From Candidatus Shapirobacteria bacterium (GTDB taxonomy: Bacteria > Patescibacteriota > Microgenomatia > UBA12405): 45,725 bases of DNA. Shown here piece by piece: positions 33,278 through 43,277 of this stretch (positions are counted from its first letter, which is position 1; each line of letters begins with the position of its first letter). Below the pieces are notes generated by a model. It did no database searches and was not told the origin of the DNA. It saw nothing but the letters and a program-made list of their open reading frames with translations. The stretch covers positions 1 to 45,725 of the forward strand of contig JAHFKH010000002.1 of the NCBI GenBank assembly GCA_023245435.1, read 5' to 3'. A program made the position numbers and the translations under genes.

Positions 33278-35014
33278 ATGAAAATGATCAGGAGATTTTT
33301 CTATTTTTTGAGTTTTTATCCGCTACAAATGGCGGCTTTTATGCTGACAAATACAATATCGGTGGGATTTGATTCGATGCGACCCTGGACCATGAAAATG
33401 ATTTTGAATAGTGCGGGCAGTGGTAACCAAAATAGTACTTATTGGTATTTGGGATTGTTTGGAGTCTCGGTAATTGGGGTAAATTTGATTAATGCCCTAA
33501 CATTTTTTTTGGCGGATACAATTAAAATTCCCCTATCAAAACAAATACGAGAGGTGGTTTTTAAAAAAATCTTGGATTTGGATTTTGCCTATCATGTTGA
33601 TAAAAATACTGGGGCATTAATTTCAGCTTTTAAACGAGGTGATGGAGCGGTTGATTCAATATTTAGCGCAGTTTTTCAAGAAATATATTGGACACTGATA
33701 TACATAACTGTGGCGTTGTGGTTTTTATTTCAGGCTGATAAATATATTGGATTTTCATTGTTGGGATTATTTTCAATCAACATGTTTTTGATTTTTTGGT
33801 TGATAAATAAAAATTTGGACAAAAGAAAAGCGTTTAATAAATCGGAAGATCAAATATCGGGAATAATTACCGACACAATGATTAACTACGACACGGTTAA
33901 ATATTTTGCGGCGGAAAAAAAGGAAGAAAAACGCTTGGCTGATAAATTTGTTGAATGGACAAATAATGTGTGGGGTTATGCCAATACTTTTAGACTGATG
34001 GATATTACCATTGGAACAGTGTCGGCATCGGGAATGTTGTTAATGCTTTTTATTGCGGTTTCTAAACTAAATAATGGCTTAACTTTGGGAGATGTAGTGT
34101 TGGTATCGGGTTTTGTCACTTCAATACATTTTCAATTTTTCCATTTATTTTCACAAATAAGACAAATTGCTAAACACGCGATTGATATGGAAACTTATTT
34201 TGCAATTTTGGATAATGAAGCGACAGTTAAAGATGCCATAAAACCTTTAAAAATAATTAAAGCCAAAGGGAAAATTGAATTTAGAAATATTGGATTTGTC
34301 TACCCTAAAAATAAACAAAAGATTTTGGATGGAATTAATTTGACAATAAATGCGGGAAGTAAGGTGGCTTTTGTGGGTCGATCGGGGGCGGGAAAAACGA
34401 CTTTGGTCAAATTATTATTGCGATTTTATGACCCCAGCAAAGGCTTGGTATTAATTGACGGAATTGATATTAAAAAATTAAAAAAATCAGAATTAAGATC
34501 AATTATATCGGTGGTACCTCAAGAACCAGTTTTGTTTAACAACACTGTAATGTTTAATTTGTCCTATGGTAAGGAAAACGCAACTATGGAGGAAATTGAA
34601 AAAGCAGCAGAGCAGGCCAATATTTTGGAGTTTATAAAAAATTTACCAAAAGGCTGGGAAACCGAAGTGGGTGAACGAGGCATAAAACTTTCGGGTGGCC
34701 AAAAACAAAGATTGGCCATAGCTCGAGCCTTGTTGGCTGACCCTAAAGTTTTGGTGTTTGATGAAGCGACATCAAATTTGGATTCGGAATCGGAAAAACA
34801 AATACAGTTGGCGTTAGAAGTTGTTTCAAAAACGAGAACAGTAATTATTGTGGCTCATCGATTTTCGACGGTTCGTGATGCGGACAAAATTGTGGTGTTG
34901 GCCGCTGGAACAATAGTTGAAACCGGCAAGCATGAAGAATTAATCACCAAAGGCGGCGTTTACGAAAAATTGTGGAATTTACAGACGAAGGGAAAGTTGA
35001 CGTTGATAAATTAG
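33278..35014 (+). CDS. ABC exporter, fused permease/ATPase (type I, ATM1/MsbA-like)
   Basis: Six N-terminal TM helices. Walker A GRSGAGKTT, signature LSGGQKQRLAIARAL, Walker B LVFDEATSNLD. Confidence 0.92.
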   Translation: MKMIRRFFYFLSFYPLQMAAFMLTNTISVGFDSMRPWTMKMILNSAGSGNQNSTYWYLGLFGVSVIGVNLINALTFFLADTIKIPLSKQIREVVFKKILDLDFAYHVDKNTGALISAFKRGDGAVDSIFSAVFQEIYWTLIYITVALWFLFQADKYIGFSLLGLFSINMFLIFWLINKNLDKRKAFNKSEDQISGIITDTMINYDTVKYFAAEKKEEKRLADKFVEWTNNVWGYANTFRLMDITIGTVSASGMLLMLFIAVSKLNNGLTLGDVVLVSGFVTSIHFQFFHLFSQIRQIAKHAIDMETYFAILDNEATVKDAIKPLKIIKAKGKIEFRNIGFVYPKNKQKILDGINLTINAGSKVAFVGRSGAGKTTLVKLLLRFYDPSKGLVLIDGIDIKKLKKSELRSIISVVPQEPVLFNNTVMFNLSYGKENATMEEIEKAAEQANILEFIKNLPKGWETEVGERGIKLSGGQKQRLAIARALLADPKVLVFDEATSNLDSESEKQIQLALEVVSKTRTVIIVAHRFSTVRDADKIVVLAAGTIVETGKHEELITKGGVYEKLWNLQTKGKLTLIN

Positions 35015-35033
35015 ATTATTGATATAATTTGGA

Positions 35034-35696
35034 ATGATTCAATCAAAAGCTTGGAACTGGAAAGTAGCTAACTCTAATTATTGGCAAGAGGCGGCGCCTG
35101 AAGTTTATCCATTAATTGGTAGATGGAAAAAATTAAAATTAAATAAATTTTTAGATTTGGGTTGTGGTGTTGGCCGTCATACAATATTAATGGCGGAAAA
35201 TGGATTTGAGGTATTCGCTACCGATCTATCAGTTGATGGTCTGGAAAAACTAAATGAAATTGCTCAAGATCAAAATTTGAAAATTAAAATTGAAAAAGCC
35301 GACATGGTTTCGTTGCCTTTTGTAGATAATTCATTTGATTGTTTAGTCGCCTATCATGCAATATATCACACTGATGAAGTTGGTATAAAAAAAGTTATGT
35401 CAGAAATTAAAAGAGTTTTAAAAACTGGTGGTGAGGCATTGATTACTTTTAATTCACAAAAAAATACTGCATTTGCAGATCCTCGAAATGAACACCTTTC
35501 CACAAATGTAGTTATAAAAAATATTGGACATGAGGCTGGAATTCCACATTATTATGCTACGAAAAAGGATGTGGAAATGTTAATCGACGATTTTGAAACG
35601 ATTGAATTTGGGTATAGAGAAGAATATTGGAATTCTCCAGAACTTGGACCTGATTATATTAGCGCCCACTATTGCGTATTAATCAAAAAGAAATAA
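35034..35696 (+). CDS. class I SAM-dependent methyltransferase
   Basis: Motif I FLDLGCGVGRH, acidic post-I residue (ATDLS), motif II-like FDCLVAY. Confidence 0.8.
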   Translation: MIQSKAWNWKVANSNYWQEAAPEVYPLIGRWKKLKLNKFLDLGCGVGRHTILMAENGFEVFATDLSVDGLEKLNEIAQDQNLKIKIEKADMVSLPFVDNSFDCLVAYHAIYHTDEVGIKKVMSEIKRVLKTGGEALITFNSQKNTAFADPRNEHLSTNVVIKNIGHEAGIPHYYATKKDVEMLIDDFETIEFGYREEYWNSPELGPDYISAHYCVLIKKK

Positions 35697-35700
35697 CACA

Positions 35701-35736
35701 AAAATGCCGGGGCATATAAATACACCTCGGCATTTT
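35701..35736. terminator. bidirectional intrinsic terminator
   Basis: AAAATGCCGGGG-N12-CCTCGGCATTTT. The stem has one mismatch and A/T runs on both sides. It lies between convergent genes ending at 35696 and 35752. Confidence 0.7.
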
Positions 35737-35751
35737 GTAGACAAATAAAAA

Positions 35752-36210
35752 TTATTTAGTAATTGAAGGGGTGAGATTTTGAGTTTGTCCTAATAATTTT
35801 GGATCTAATTCGATAGTTGTGGCAGTAACAGAACCGTCGGTGTTGTTTGTGCCAAACACAGCAACCTTGGAACCAACTTTTAGATCAGTTTTTGGAGCAT
35901 CAACTGATTTGGTAATTGCTACGGTTGAAGATAATAAAACGATTCTACTTGAACCATCGGCCATTTTTACTGTGACACTTTTGTCATCAAGAGCAATAAC
36001 GTCGCCAATTGTTTGACGATTACCGCGCATCATACCTTGTCCACCAGTACTAGGAATGCCATTACGTCCAGTAAACTGACCTGTACCGTTACGAGCAAAA
36101 CCTGTAATAGCTGTTTTGGCTTGGGCAACTTTGTAACCAATACCAAAAGAACCTCCACCAACTAATAACATTAAAATCACGACCAAAATAATTGTATTTT
36201 GATTTTTCAT
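35752..36210 (-). CDS. secreted/anchored protein, DUF5666-like
   Basis: N-terminal TM or signal segment, a Gly-rich linker, then GDVIALDDKSVTVKMADGSS...KVGSKVAVFGTNNTDGSVTATTIEL, typical of DUF5666 beta domains. Confidence 0.55.
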   Translation of the reverse strand: MKNQNTIILVVILMLLVGGGSFGIGYKVAQAKTAITGFARNGTGQFTGRNGIPSTGGQGMMRGNRQTIGDVIALDDKSVTVKMADGSSRIVLLSSTVAITKSVDAPKTDLKVGSKVAVFGTNNTDGSVTATTIELDPKLLGQTQNLTPSITK

Positions 36211-36273
36211 AAAAAAGATTGAATAATTAATTAATATATTTTAATAATTGTTTCTGAATTTAATCTGAAATTA

Positions 36274-37497
36274 TTATTCCCAACGTAATGCTTCGATGGG
36301 TTGTAAATTGGCGGCGCGGCGGGCGGGATACAAACCAAAAACTATTCCAATAACCCCAGAAACTCCCATAGCTAGGGCAATGGCACCAATAGAAATCGAA
36401 ACAGGAAAACCCATAAATAATGACAAACCATACGAGATAGAAATACCAAAAATCATGCCGATGATACCTCCAAAAAAAGTTAATATAACTGATTCAACTA
36501 AAAATTGAGTAATAATTGTTTTCTTTTTGGCCCCCAGGGCTTTTCGTAAACCAATTTCTCGAGTACGTTCGGTGACAGTAACTAACATTATGTTCATAAT
36601 ACCAATACCTCCAACCAATAAAGATATAGCCGCAATTCCACCCAACAGTGTAGTAAATGTTCCAGTGACTTGAGACACAGTGCTTAAAATTTCTTGTTGA
36701 GACATAATGGTAAAATCGGCCGAGGCGGGATTAGTTTGATGATGGCGATCAAGTAAAAAATATCCTAATTCATCTTGAGCTTGGACCATAACCTCAGACG
36801 ATTTGGCCTCAACGGCAATTGACGATAAATAATTTACCCCAGCTAATTGTTTTTGCATAGTTGAAAGTGGGACATAAACTTGGTCGTCGGGATTGTTAAA
36901 TCCACTGCCACCTTTGGCGGTAGTGACACCAATAACTTTAAAAGTTTGTTTACCAATACGAAGTGATTGACCCACCGGGTCAACCCCATCACCAAATAAA
37001 TTAGTAGCAGTCGTAGGACCAACAACGGCAACTTTGGACATTGAATCAACATCACGTGTAGTAATGAAATTGCCATTAGATAGGCTTAATTTGTGAATTG
37101 TTTCATACTCAGGAACTACTCCTTGAACTGTAGTATTAGAATTATTGGCACCGGCAATTAATTGAAAACGACGAGAAAATTCGGGGGAAACACTAAGAAT
37201 GGTGGTAATTTTTGGAGTAGTGGAAATAGCAGTGGCATCGGCTAAAGTTAAGGTAGTATTGCTGCCCGGAGCTTCACGAACATTACCGGTGCGAGCACCA
37301 CCAGGAGTTATAGTTAATAAATTGGCACCAAGAGATTGAATTTGATTTTGAATTGAAAGTTGACTTCCTTGGCCAATAGAAATTAAAGCAATAACCGAGC
37401 CAATACCAATAATAATTCCTAATGCAGCCAAACCAGTGCGCATTTTATTGAGACTAAGGGTGGAAAAAGATTCAAAAATTATTTCGATAAGTTTCAT
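36274..37497 (-). CDS. ABC transporter permease, MacB/FtsX family (paralogue of 2136-3353)
   Basis: ATG at 37497 (MKLIEIIFESF...) lies 4 nt after the ATPase stop. Same architecture and conserved TERTREIGLRKALGAKKKTI motif as the first permease. Confidence 0.85.
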   Translation of the reverse strand: MKLIEIIFESFSTLSLNKMRTGLAALGIIIGIGSVIALISIGQGSQLSIQNQIQSLGANLLTITPGGARTGNVREAPGSNTTLTLADATAISTTPKITTILSVSPEFSRRFQLIAGANNSNTTVQGVVPEYETIHKLSLSNGNFITTRDVDSMSKVAVVGPTTATNLFGDGVDPVGQSLRIGKQTFKVIGVTTAKGGSGFNNPDDQVYVPLSTMQKQLAGVNYLSSIAVEAKSSEVMVQAQDELGYFLLDRHHQTNPASADFTIMSQQEILSTVSQVTGTFTTLLGGIAAISLLVGGIGIMNIMLVTVTERTREIGLRKALGAKKKTIITQFLVESVILTFFGGIIGMIFGISISYGLSLFMGFPVSISIGAIALAMGVSGVIGIVFGLYPARRAANLQPIEALRWE

Positions 37498-37501
37498 AAA
37501 A

Positions 37502-38182
37502 TTATTTTTTATTTTTATAATCCTCGGTGATTTGACCGTCACGAATAACAATAATTCTTTTGGCATGAGAGGCAATGTCGGGTTCGTGGGTAATCATAAT
37601 AATAGTGCGACCATCTTGATTTAATTTTTCAAAAATTTTCATAATCCCTTCGGCTTGATCAGAAGCAATATTGCCGGTTGGTTCGTCGGCTAAAATAATT
37701 TTTGGATCCATTGATAACGCCCTGGCAATGGCGACCCGTTGCTGTTGACCACCGGAAAGTTGATTACTTAAATGATTTATTCGGTCTGACAAATCAACTA
37801 ATTTTAATAATTCCATTGCTTTTTGTTGCCTAAAATCGGCATTAATTCCGGCATAAGCCATGGGCAACATAACATTTTTTAAAGCAGAAGTTCGAGGTAA
37901 TAAATTAAATGATTGGAAAACAAAACCAATTTTTTTATTTCTGATTTCGGCCAAATCATCATCACGAAGTTTTGAAATGTTTTCACCATCTAATATATAT
38001 TGGCCAGAGGTTGGTGAATCGAGAGCACCTAAAATATGCATTAGGGTTGATTTGCCTGAACCTGATGGCCCCATGATAGCAACGAATTCACCTTTTTTAA
38101 TTTCAAAAGAAATTGATTTTAGAGCGGTGGTGGTAACGCCATCATTACTATATATTTTTGAAATATTTTTTAATTTAATCAT
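37502..38182 (-). CDS. ABC transporter ATP-binding protein (paralogue of 3358-4056)
   Basis: GPSGSGKST, LSGGQQQRVAIARAL, ILADEPTGN, ITHE. Confidence 0.95.
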   Translation of the reverse strand: MIKLKNISKIYSNDGVTTTALKSISFEIKKGEFVAIMGPSGSGKSTLMHILGALDSPTSGQYILDGENISKLRDDDLAEIRNKKIGFVFQSFNLLPRTSALKNVMLPMAYAGINADFRQQKAMELLKLVDLSDRINHLSNQLSGGQQQRVAIARALSMDPKIILADEPTGNIASDQAEGIMKIFEKLNQDGRTIIMITHEPDIASHAKRIIVIRDGQITEDYKNKK

Positions 38183-38184
38183 TT

Positions 38185-39384
38185 TTACCTCATACGAACA
38201 CCACCACCCAACCCACCAAATACTGATGTGGTTGATGTAGTAGTTTTTGCTGAAGATGTGGTAGTTACAGCAGTAACAACTTGTTGACCATCGTCGATAC
38301 CAGAAACAATTTCTGTATCTGTATCATTACTAAGTCCTGTAACTACAGGTAAATTAGTTAATATATTATTTTTAAGAACTCTAACAAAATTTTCTCCATT
38401 TTGAGAAACTATGGCTCCATTGGGGACAATTAAAATATTGTCTTTAAAGTCGATTAAAATATTGGCAGTAGCTGACATATTGGCAAAAATATCGGGAGTG
38501 CCCGAATCAAGAGTAATAGTAACGGGATAAGAAACAACACCCGACGAAACAGTGCCAGTGGTGTCGATGGCGACAATTTTACCGGTATAAGTTTTATCGG
38601 TAAAAGCAGAAAGGGTAACTGTAACTTTGTTACCAACTTTGACTTTGGGGACATCAATTTCAGTTAAAGAAACAGAAATTGAAGGAGTAGCGTTGGTTTT
38701 GACAATAGCAATTTTATTTTCGATATTGCTACTATTACTTGCACTAGAAGTCGGATTTAAAATCATGCCAGGGGCGAGAGAAATTGATCCAATAGTTCCA
38801 GAAATTGGAGAATACACGACAGCACCGGCAGATTGATAGGATAAACGTGAAGCTTCAAGTGATACTTTTTGTTGTTGTAATTGTTTAGTTAAATTGTTGT
38901 ATGATTCTTGGGCTAAAAGATAATCATCGTGTCTCTGAATATAAGTTGGGTCATCGGGTGAAAGACCTTGCCATTGGTTGATAAAAATGTTTTTAGTATT
39001 AACTAAAGTACTATCTAAAGAATAGATTTTGTCTTGAGTAGTTTTTAGTGAATTTTGAGCTGATAAATATGAAGAATAAGCCGATTCTAATTTTTGACGA
39101 CCGTCTAAATCTAAATCGATTTGCATAATGGGAGTGCCGGTAGAAACTTTTTGACCTTCTTTGACATATATTTTTTTGACAACTCCCGAGGCTGTAGTAG
39201 TAACAGTACGGCTATTGCTGGTAGACACAGAACCTGAGGCGGTTAGTGAAACAATTAGAGTACCCTTGGTAGCGGTGGCAGTAGTATATTTTGGAGTAGT
39301 GGTTGATGAAGAAAAAAGTTGTTTGTAAACAAAATATGAAACAATGGCTAAAATAGGCAAAATTATGAGTAACTTTTTTTTCAT
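38185..39384 (-). CDS. efflux periplasmic adaptor (HlyD/MacA family)
   Basis: TM anchor, coiled-coil region, and a beta-barrel C-terminus ending in a Thr/Ser/Gly-rich tail. First gene of the second adaptor-ATPase-permease operon. Confidence 0.8.
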   Translation of the reverse strand: MKKKLLIILPILAIVSYFVYKQLFSSSTTTPKYTTATATKGTLIVSLTASGSVSTSNSRTVTTTASGVVKKIYVKEGQKVSTGTPIMQIDLDLDGRQKLESAYSSYLSAQNSLKTTQDKIYSLDSTLVNTKNIFINQWQGLSPDDPTYIQRHDDYLLAQESYNNLTKQLQQQKVSLEASRLSYQSAGAVVYSPISGTIGSISLAPGMILNPTSSASNSSNIENKIAIVKTNATPSISVSLTEIDVPKVKVGNKVTVTLSAFTDKTYTGKIVAIDTTGTVSSGVVSYPVTITLDSGTPDIFANMSATANILIDFKDNILIVPNGAIVSQNGENFVRVLKNNILTNLPVVTGLSNDTDTEIVSGIDDGQQVVTAVTTTSSAKTTTSTTSVFGGLGGGVRMR

Positions 39385-39398
39385 AGGTTATTGTTAAA

Positions 39399-40349
39399 TT
39401 ATTTTCTGAAAATTAGCTGAACGGTGGTTCCATTATCCGAGATACTGTCAACAATTATTTTTCCTCCTTGTTTGTCCATAATTTTTTTGGCGATGGGAAG
39501 GCCAAGGCCATAACCACCTTCACCACTTTTGGTGCGGGCATTATCGGCTCGATAAAAACGATCAAAAATATGGGGTAAATCTTTTTGAGAAATCCCTAAA
39601 CCCGAGTCTTTGATAATTATTTTATTATTAGTTGAATATATTTTAATTGGTTGATTGTCAGAATATTTAATGGCATTGTCAATGATTATTTCAAATAATT
39701 CTTCGATAGATGAAGGATCACCAACAATAAAATAATTTTTGGTTTTATTGATTATTTTTATTTTTTTTGATGAAGCTTTGGCAGATAATCGAGCAATTAC
39801 TTTATCAATAGTTTCTTTTATGTTTATTGATAAATGCTGTTGACCATTACCATTTTCAAGGTGAGATAGGCGAAGCATAGAATTGGTTAAATTAGTTAAT
39901 TTATCGACTTCTTTGATACCTATTTTTAGATTATTTTTAGCTTCGGCAATATTTAATTTTGGACTACGTAATGCAACTTCAAATGTTGATTTTAGGGCTG
40001 TCAAAGGAGTGCGAAGTTCATGGGAGGCATCAGAAATAAATATTTTTTGTTCTTCAATAATTTTGGCGATGGGTTTTAAAGTAATACCCGCCAAAAAATA
40101 ACTTAAACTGCCTGAAACTACTAAAATAACAATGTTTTGATACAAAAGCTGAAGAAGTAAATGATTTTTGCTTTCACTAATAAATTCAACATCAATTTCA
40201 ATGTCGGGTCGACGCATTGGTCCTCTATTGGCAAAACGGTCAATTTCTATAGAAATCAAACCATAAATTGCCACCGAAAAAAACAAACTAACTAACATAA
40301 TAATTAGGACGTACCACAAAGTTAGTTGAAGGCGGGCGCGTTTAAACAT
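39399..40349 (-). CDS. sensor histidine kinase
   Basis: Two TM helices. H-box SHELRTPL, N-box IIDNAIKYS, G-boxes DSGLGI and GGYGLGLPIAKKI. Confidence 0.9.
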   Translation of the reverse strand: MFKRARLQLTLWYVLIIMLVSLFFSVAIYGLISIEIDRFANRGPMRRPDIEIDVEFISESKNHLLLQLLYQNIVILVVSGSLSYFLAGITLKPIAKIIEEQKIFISDASHELRTPLTALKSTFEVALRSPKLNIAEAKNNLKIGIKEVDKLTNLTNSMLRLSHLENGNGQQHLSINIKETIDKVIARLSAKASSKKIKIINKTKNYFIVGDPSSIEELFEIIIDNAIKYSDNQPIKIYSTNNKIIIKDSGLGISQKDLPHIFDRFYRADNARTKSGEGGYGLGLPIAKKIMDKQGGKIIVDSISDNGTTVQLIFRK

Positions 40350-41007
40350 TTTTATTTGTTAATCTGTAACCAAAACCGCGTAAAGTTTCAATATAATTAT
40401 TTCCGATTTTTTGACGTAAATTACGAATATAAACTTCAACGGTGTTTGGTAAAACTTCCGAATCATAATCCCATAATCGAGAAATAATTTTTTCTTTGGA
40501 TAAAATTACACCAACATTGCGCATTAAAAATTCAAGTAAAACAAATTCCCGAGACGATAATTTTATTTCTTTTTTATTAAGTAAAACTTTAAAATTAGTA
40601 TTATCTAGAGATAAATTTCCCACAGTAATTATGGATTTGGCAATATTTTGAGGGCGGCGAATTAAGGCACGAATACGAGCTAATAATTCTTCAAAAGAAA
40701 ATGGTTTGATTAAATAATCATCGGCGCCACAATCGAGGCCCGAGATTTTGTCTTCAGTTTGACTTTTGGCCGTTAACATCAAAATTGGAGTGTGATTGCC
40801 ACTAGATCGAAGTTTTTGACAAATAGTAATACCATCAATTCCGGGTAACATTAGATCTAAAAGAATTAAATCGTAATCTTGAGTTGAGGCCAAATCGTAA
40901 CCATCAGTACCAGTAAAGGCCACATCAACGGCATAGTTTTCTTGCTGTAAACCCTTTTTGAGCGATTGGGCAATTAAGTGCTCATCTTCGATGACTAAAA
41001 TCTTCAT
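40342..41007 (-). CDS. OmpR/PhoB-family response regulator
   Basis: Receiver domain with DLILLDLMLPGIDG and K in LIKPF. C-terminal winged helix ...VEVYIRNLRQKI...TLRGFGYRL. Confidence 0.92.
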   Translation of the reverse strand: MKILVIEDEHLIAQSLKKGLQQENYAVDVAFTGTDGYDLASTQDYDLILLDLMLPGIDGITICQKLRSSGNHTPILMLTAKSQTEDKISGLDCGADDYLIKPFSFEELLARIRALIRRPQNIAKSIITVGNLSLDNTNFKVLLNKKEIKLSSREFVLLEFLMRNVGVILSKEKIISRLWDYDSEVLPNTVEVYIRNLRQKIGNNYIETLRGFGYRLTNKNV

Positions 41008-41050
41008 TATATATAGTATAAGCCCGAAGCTGAATATTGGCTGAAAAGGA

Positions 41051-41308
41051 TTATTGTTCTCGTTCTATTCGAATAGTGCACTCGGTAAGGAGAGCGGCGA
41101 GAGCGCCAATGATGGCCAGAGGTGGCAAAATAACAGCGCCAGCGATACCAAAGGTTAGAGAAAAAGATAAAATCTGTTTACCCTTTTTGGATTCAATGCT
41201 AATTTTACGAACATTTCCCTCGTGAATTAATTCTTTGACTTTTTTGAGAAGATCTTCACCATTAACTTTGAATTCTTCGGTTTTTATTTTTTTAGTTTTT
41301 GTTGGCAT
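41051..41308 (-). CDS. DUF4342-like small protein
   Basis: FKVNGEDLLKKVKELIHEGNVRKISIESKKGK followed by a hydrophobic hairpin. This matches the DUF4342 pattern as I recall it. Confidence 0.6.
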   Translation of the reverse strand: MPTKTKKIKTEEFKVNGEDLLKKVKELIHEGNVRKISIESKKGKQILSFSLTFGIAGAVILPPLAIIGALAALLTECTIRIEREQ

Positions 41309-41331
41309 AAGATATTATATAATGTTTTATT

Positions 41332-43215
41332 GTGAAAAAAATATTGTTGGGATTTTTGTTTTTAATGATGGTTGGGAATGTGATGGCGGCGGAGAAATCG
41401 TATAGTATAAACAACGTAAATATTGGGGCAACGGTGAATGCCGATGGATCGATGATGGTGACCGAAAATAGGCAATATGACTTTTCGGGTAGCTACACTT
41501 TTGCTTATCAATATATTAATAAGTCAGGAGAAAGAGGAGAAAAATATAATTTATCTAATTTTAAAATTTGTGATGAAACGTGGTGTTATTTAAAGTTGGC
41601 GACAGTGGGTGATGCTGATACGATTAGACCTGTTAACAGTTTTTATGTGGTTGAAGAACCGGATAGATATTATATTAAATGGTTTTATAGGGCAAATAGC
41701 GAAATAAAAAATTTTAGATTAAGTTACAAAATTGATAACGCAGTTACTTTACATAAAGATATAGCGGAAATTTATTGGAAATGGATAGGAAATGATTGGG
41801 AAATTTCGCAAAATAATGTAAATGTAAAAGTAAATTTACCTAGTGGAATTGGAAGTAGTGATATTCAAGCCTGGGGTCACGGGCCATTGGAGGGAGTGGT
41901 AAAAATAAGTGATCAGTTATCAGTTACGAGTTACGAGTTTGTGAATTTTTCTGTTCCAAATTTATCGCCTAAAACTTTTTTTGAAGGGAGAATAATTTTA
42001 CCTAAAAATATTTTTAATAAGGGAGCGGTGGGGAATTTGACTAAAGCCGATATTTTAAATCAAGAAAATAAATATATTGCTGATACTATAGCCCAGAAAA
42101 AAATGAGGTCGGGTATTGGTAATATTTTGGCGATATTTTCGATAATTATTTTTTTATTTGCTTCTAAATTATTTTTTATAAGATTAATTGAATTTTGGAA
42201 ATATCAGAAAGAAGAAAAGTTACCTAAAGTAAATTTGTCGGGAAGAATTTGGGAACCACCAAGCGATATTGACCCGGCTCAAATTGAACAGTTGTTGTGG
42301 GCTAATAAAGAACTAACTCCAAAAGCATTTACGGCGACAATATTGTCTTTGATTCAAAATCGATACTACAAACTAACTCGGAGTGATCAAAAGATGGGTT
42401 TTATTTTTAAGAAATATGAATACTATATAGAAAAAACTCAAAACTTAAAACTTAAACATCAAAGCGGGATACAGGAGAAAGTAATCGATTTTTTGGATAA
42501 TATAGATGAAAATAAGGTAAGTTTGGGTGAAATTGCTAGTTGGTGTAAATCACATCAAACAACCAGCTATAACTTTTTTAAAGATTTAAAAGAAATTACA
42601 TTAAAGGAAAATTTAAAAGAAGGATATTTTGACCAAAAAGCAAATAAATTAAATAAGGAAGTGGGGACAATAATTTTATTAGTATTTTTGGATATTGCGA
42701 TATTTGTATTAATGTTTTTGTCGGTGGTTTTTGGAGCAAACATACTATTGATTACTGCCCAAATATTGGCGTTACCATTGGCAATTGTTTATATTTTTGT
42801 ATCGATTATATTAAAAGTAAATGGGGAAAAGAGAACCGAAAAAGGTAGCTTGGAAGCAGCCAAATGGATAGCTTTTAAAAGACATTTGGATGAATATAAG
42901 CAAACAGTAAATTACCCGATTGATTCAATAATTTTGTGGGAAAAGTATTTGGTTTACGGGACTGTGTTGGGAGTATCGGTTAAAACACTATCAGCATTGC
43001 CAGTGAAATTTAATGAAGTTGATCAATCTACTGGGGTAATGTATTGGGGTGGAAGTAATTTTATCGATAATGATTTTTTGTCAATAAATTCAGCCGTATC
43101 GTCAATATCTTTTGCAGCCTCATCAAGCTATGGGGCGACAGGATCGGGATCGTCGGGAGGATTTTCGGGTGGGGGTGGTGGTGGAGGAGGCGGAGGCGGT
43201 GGAGGAGCAGGGTAA
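41332..43215 (+). CDS. DUF2207-family membrane protein with Gly-rich C-terminus
   Basis: Signal peptide. N-terminal YSINNVNIGATVNADGSMMVTENRQYDFSGSY, typical of DUF2207. Internal TM segments. The tail reads GSGSSGGFSGGGGGGGGGGGGGAG. GTG start. Confidence 0.75.
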   Translation: MKKILLGFLFLMMVGNVMAAEKSYSINNVNIGATVNADGSMMVTENRQYDFSGSYTFAYQYINKSGERGEKYNLSNFKICDETWCYLKLATVGDADTIRPVNSFYVVEEPDRYYIKWFYRANSEIKNFRLSYKIDNAVTLHKDIAEIYWKWIGNDWEISQNNVNVKVNLPSGIGSSDIQAWGHGPLEGVVKISDQLSVTSYEFVNFSVPNLSPKTFFEGRIILPKNIFNKGAVGNLTKADILNQENKYIADTIAQKKMRSGIGNILAIFSIIIFLFASKLFFIRLIEFWKYQKEEKLPKVNLSGRIWEPPSDIDPAQIEQLLWANKELTPKAFTATILSLIQNRYYKLTRSDQKMGFIFKKYEYYIEKTQNLKLKHQSGIQEKVIDFLDNIDENKVSLGEIASWCKSHQTTSYNFFKDLKEITLKENLKEGYFDQKANKLNKEVGTIILLVFLDIAIFVLMFLSVVFGANILLITAQILALPLAIVYIFVSIILKVNGEKRTEKGSLEAAKWIAFKRHLDEYKQTVNYPIDSIILWEKYLVYGTVLGVSVKTLSALPVKFNEVDQSTGVMYWGGSNFIDNDFLSINSAVSSISFAASSSYGATGSGSSGGFSGGGGGGGGGGGGGAG

Positions 43216-43226
43216 AGCTAATTATC

Positions 43227-43253
43227 AATTACGAATTAATAATTACGAATTAA
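43227..43253. repeat. tandem direct repeat AATTACGAATTAA x2 (period 14)
   Basis: Identical 13-mers at 43227-43239 and 43241-43253, in the 62-nt gap upstream of the lipoprotein gene. Confidence 0.85.
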
Positions 43254-43277
43254 AGAAAAAAATAGTACAATAACTTA

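Noticed and set aside
37860-38240. 126-aa plus-strand ORF antisense to the second ABC ATPase. The same applies to 1158-1373, 1800-1991, 2377-2559, 2746-2958, 7228-7587, 7976-8324, 10361-11127, 13290-13646, 18333-18703, 19472-19750, 23883-24113, 29006-29275, 31591-31842, 35819-36016, 36296-36508, 38627-38836, 39883-40101 and 41037-41225.
   Set aside because: All are embedded antisense in CDSs that have strong motif support. None has a recognisable domain.
43141-43212. GGT/GGA/GGC-rich repeat DNA, considered as a possible non-coding repeat element.
   Set aside because: It is in frame within the DUF2207-family CDS and encodes the poly-Gly tail. This is coding low complexity, not a separate element.
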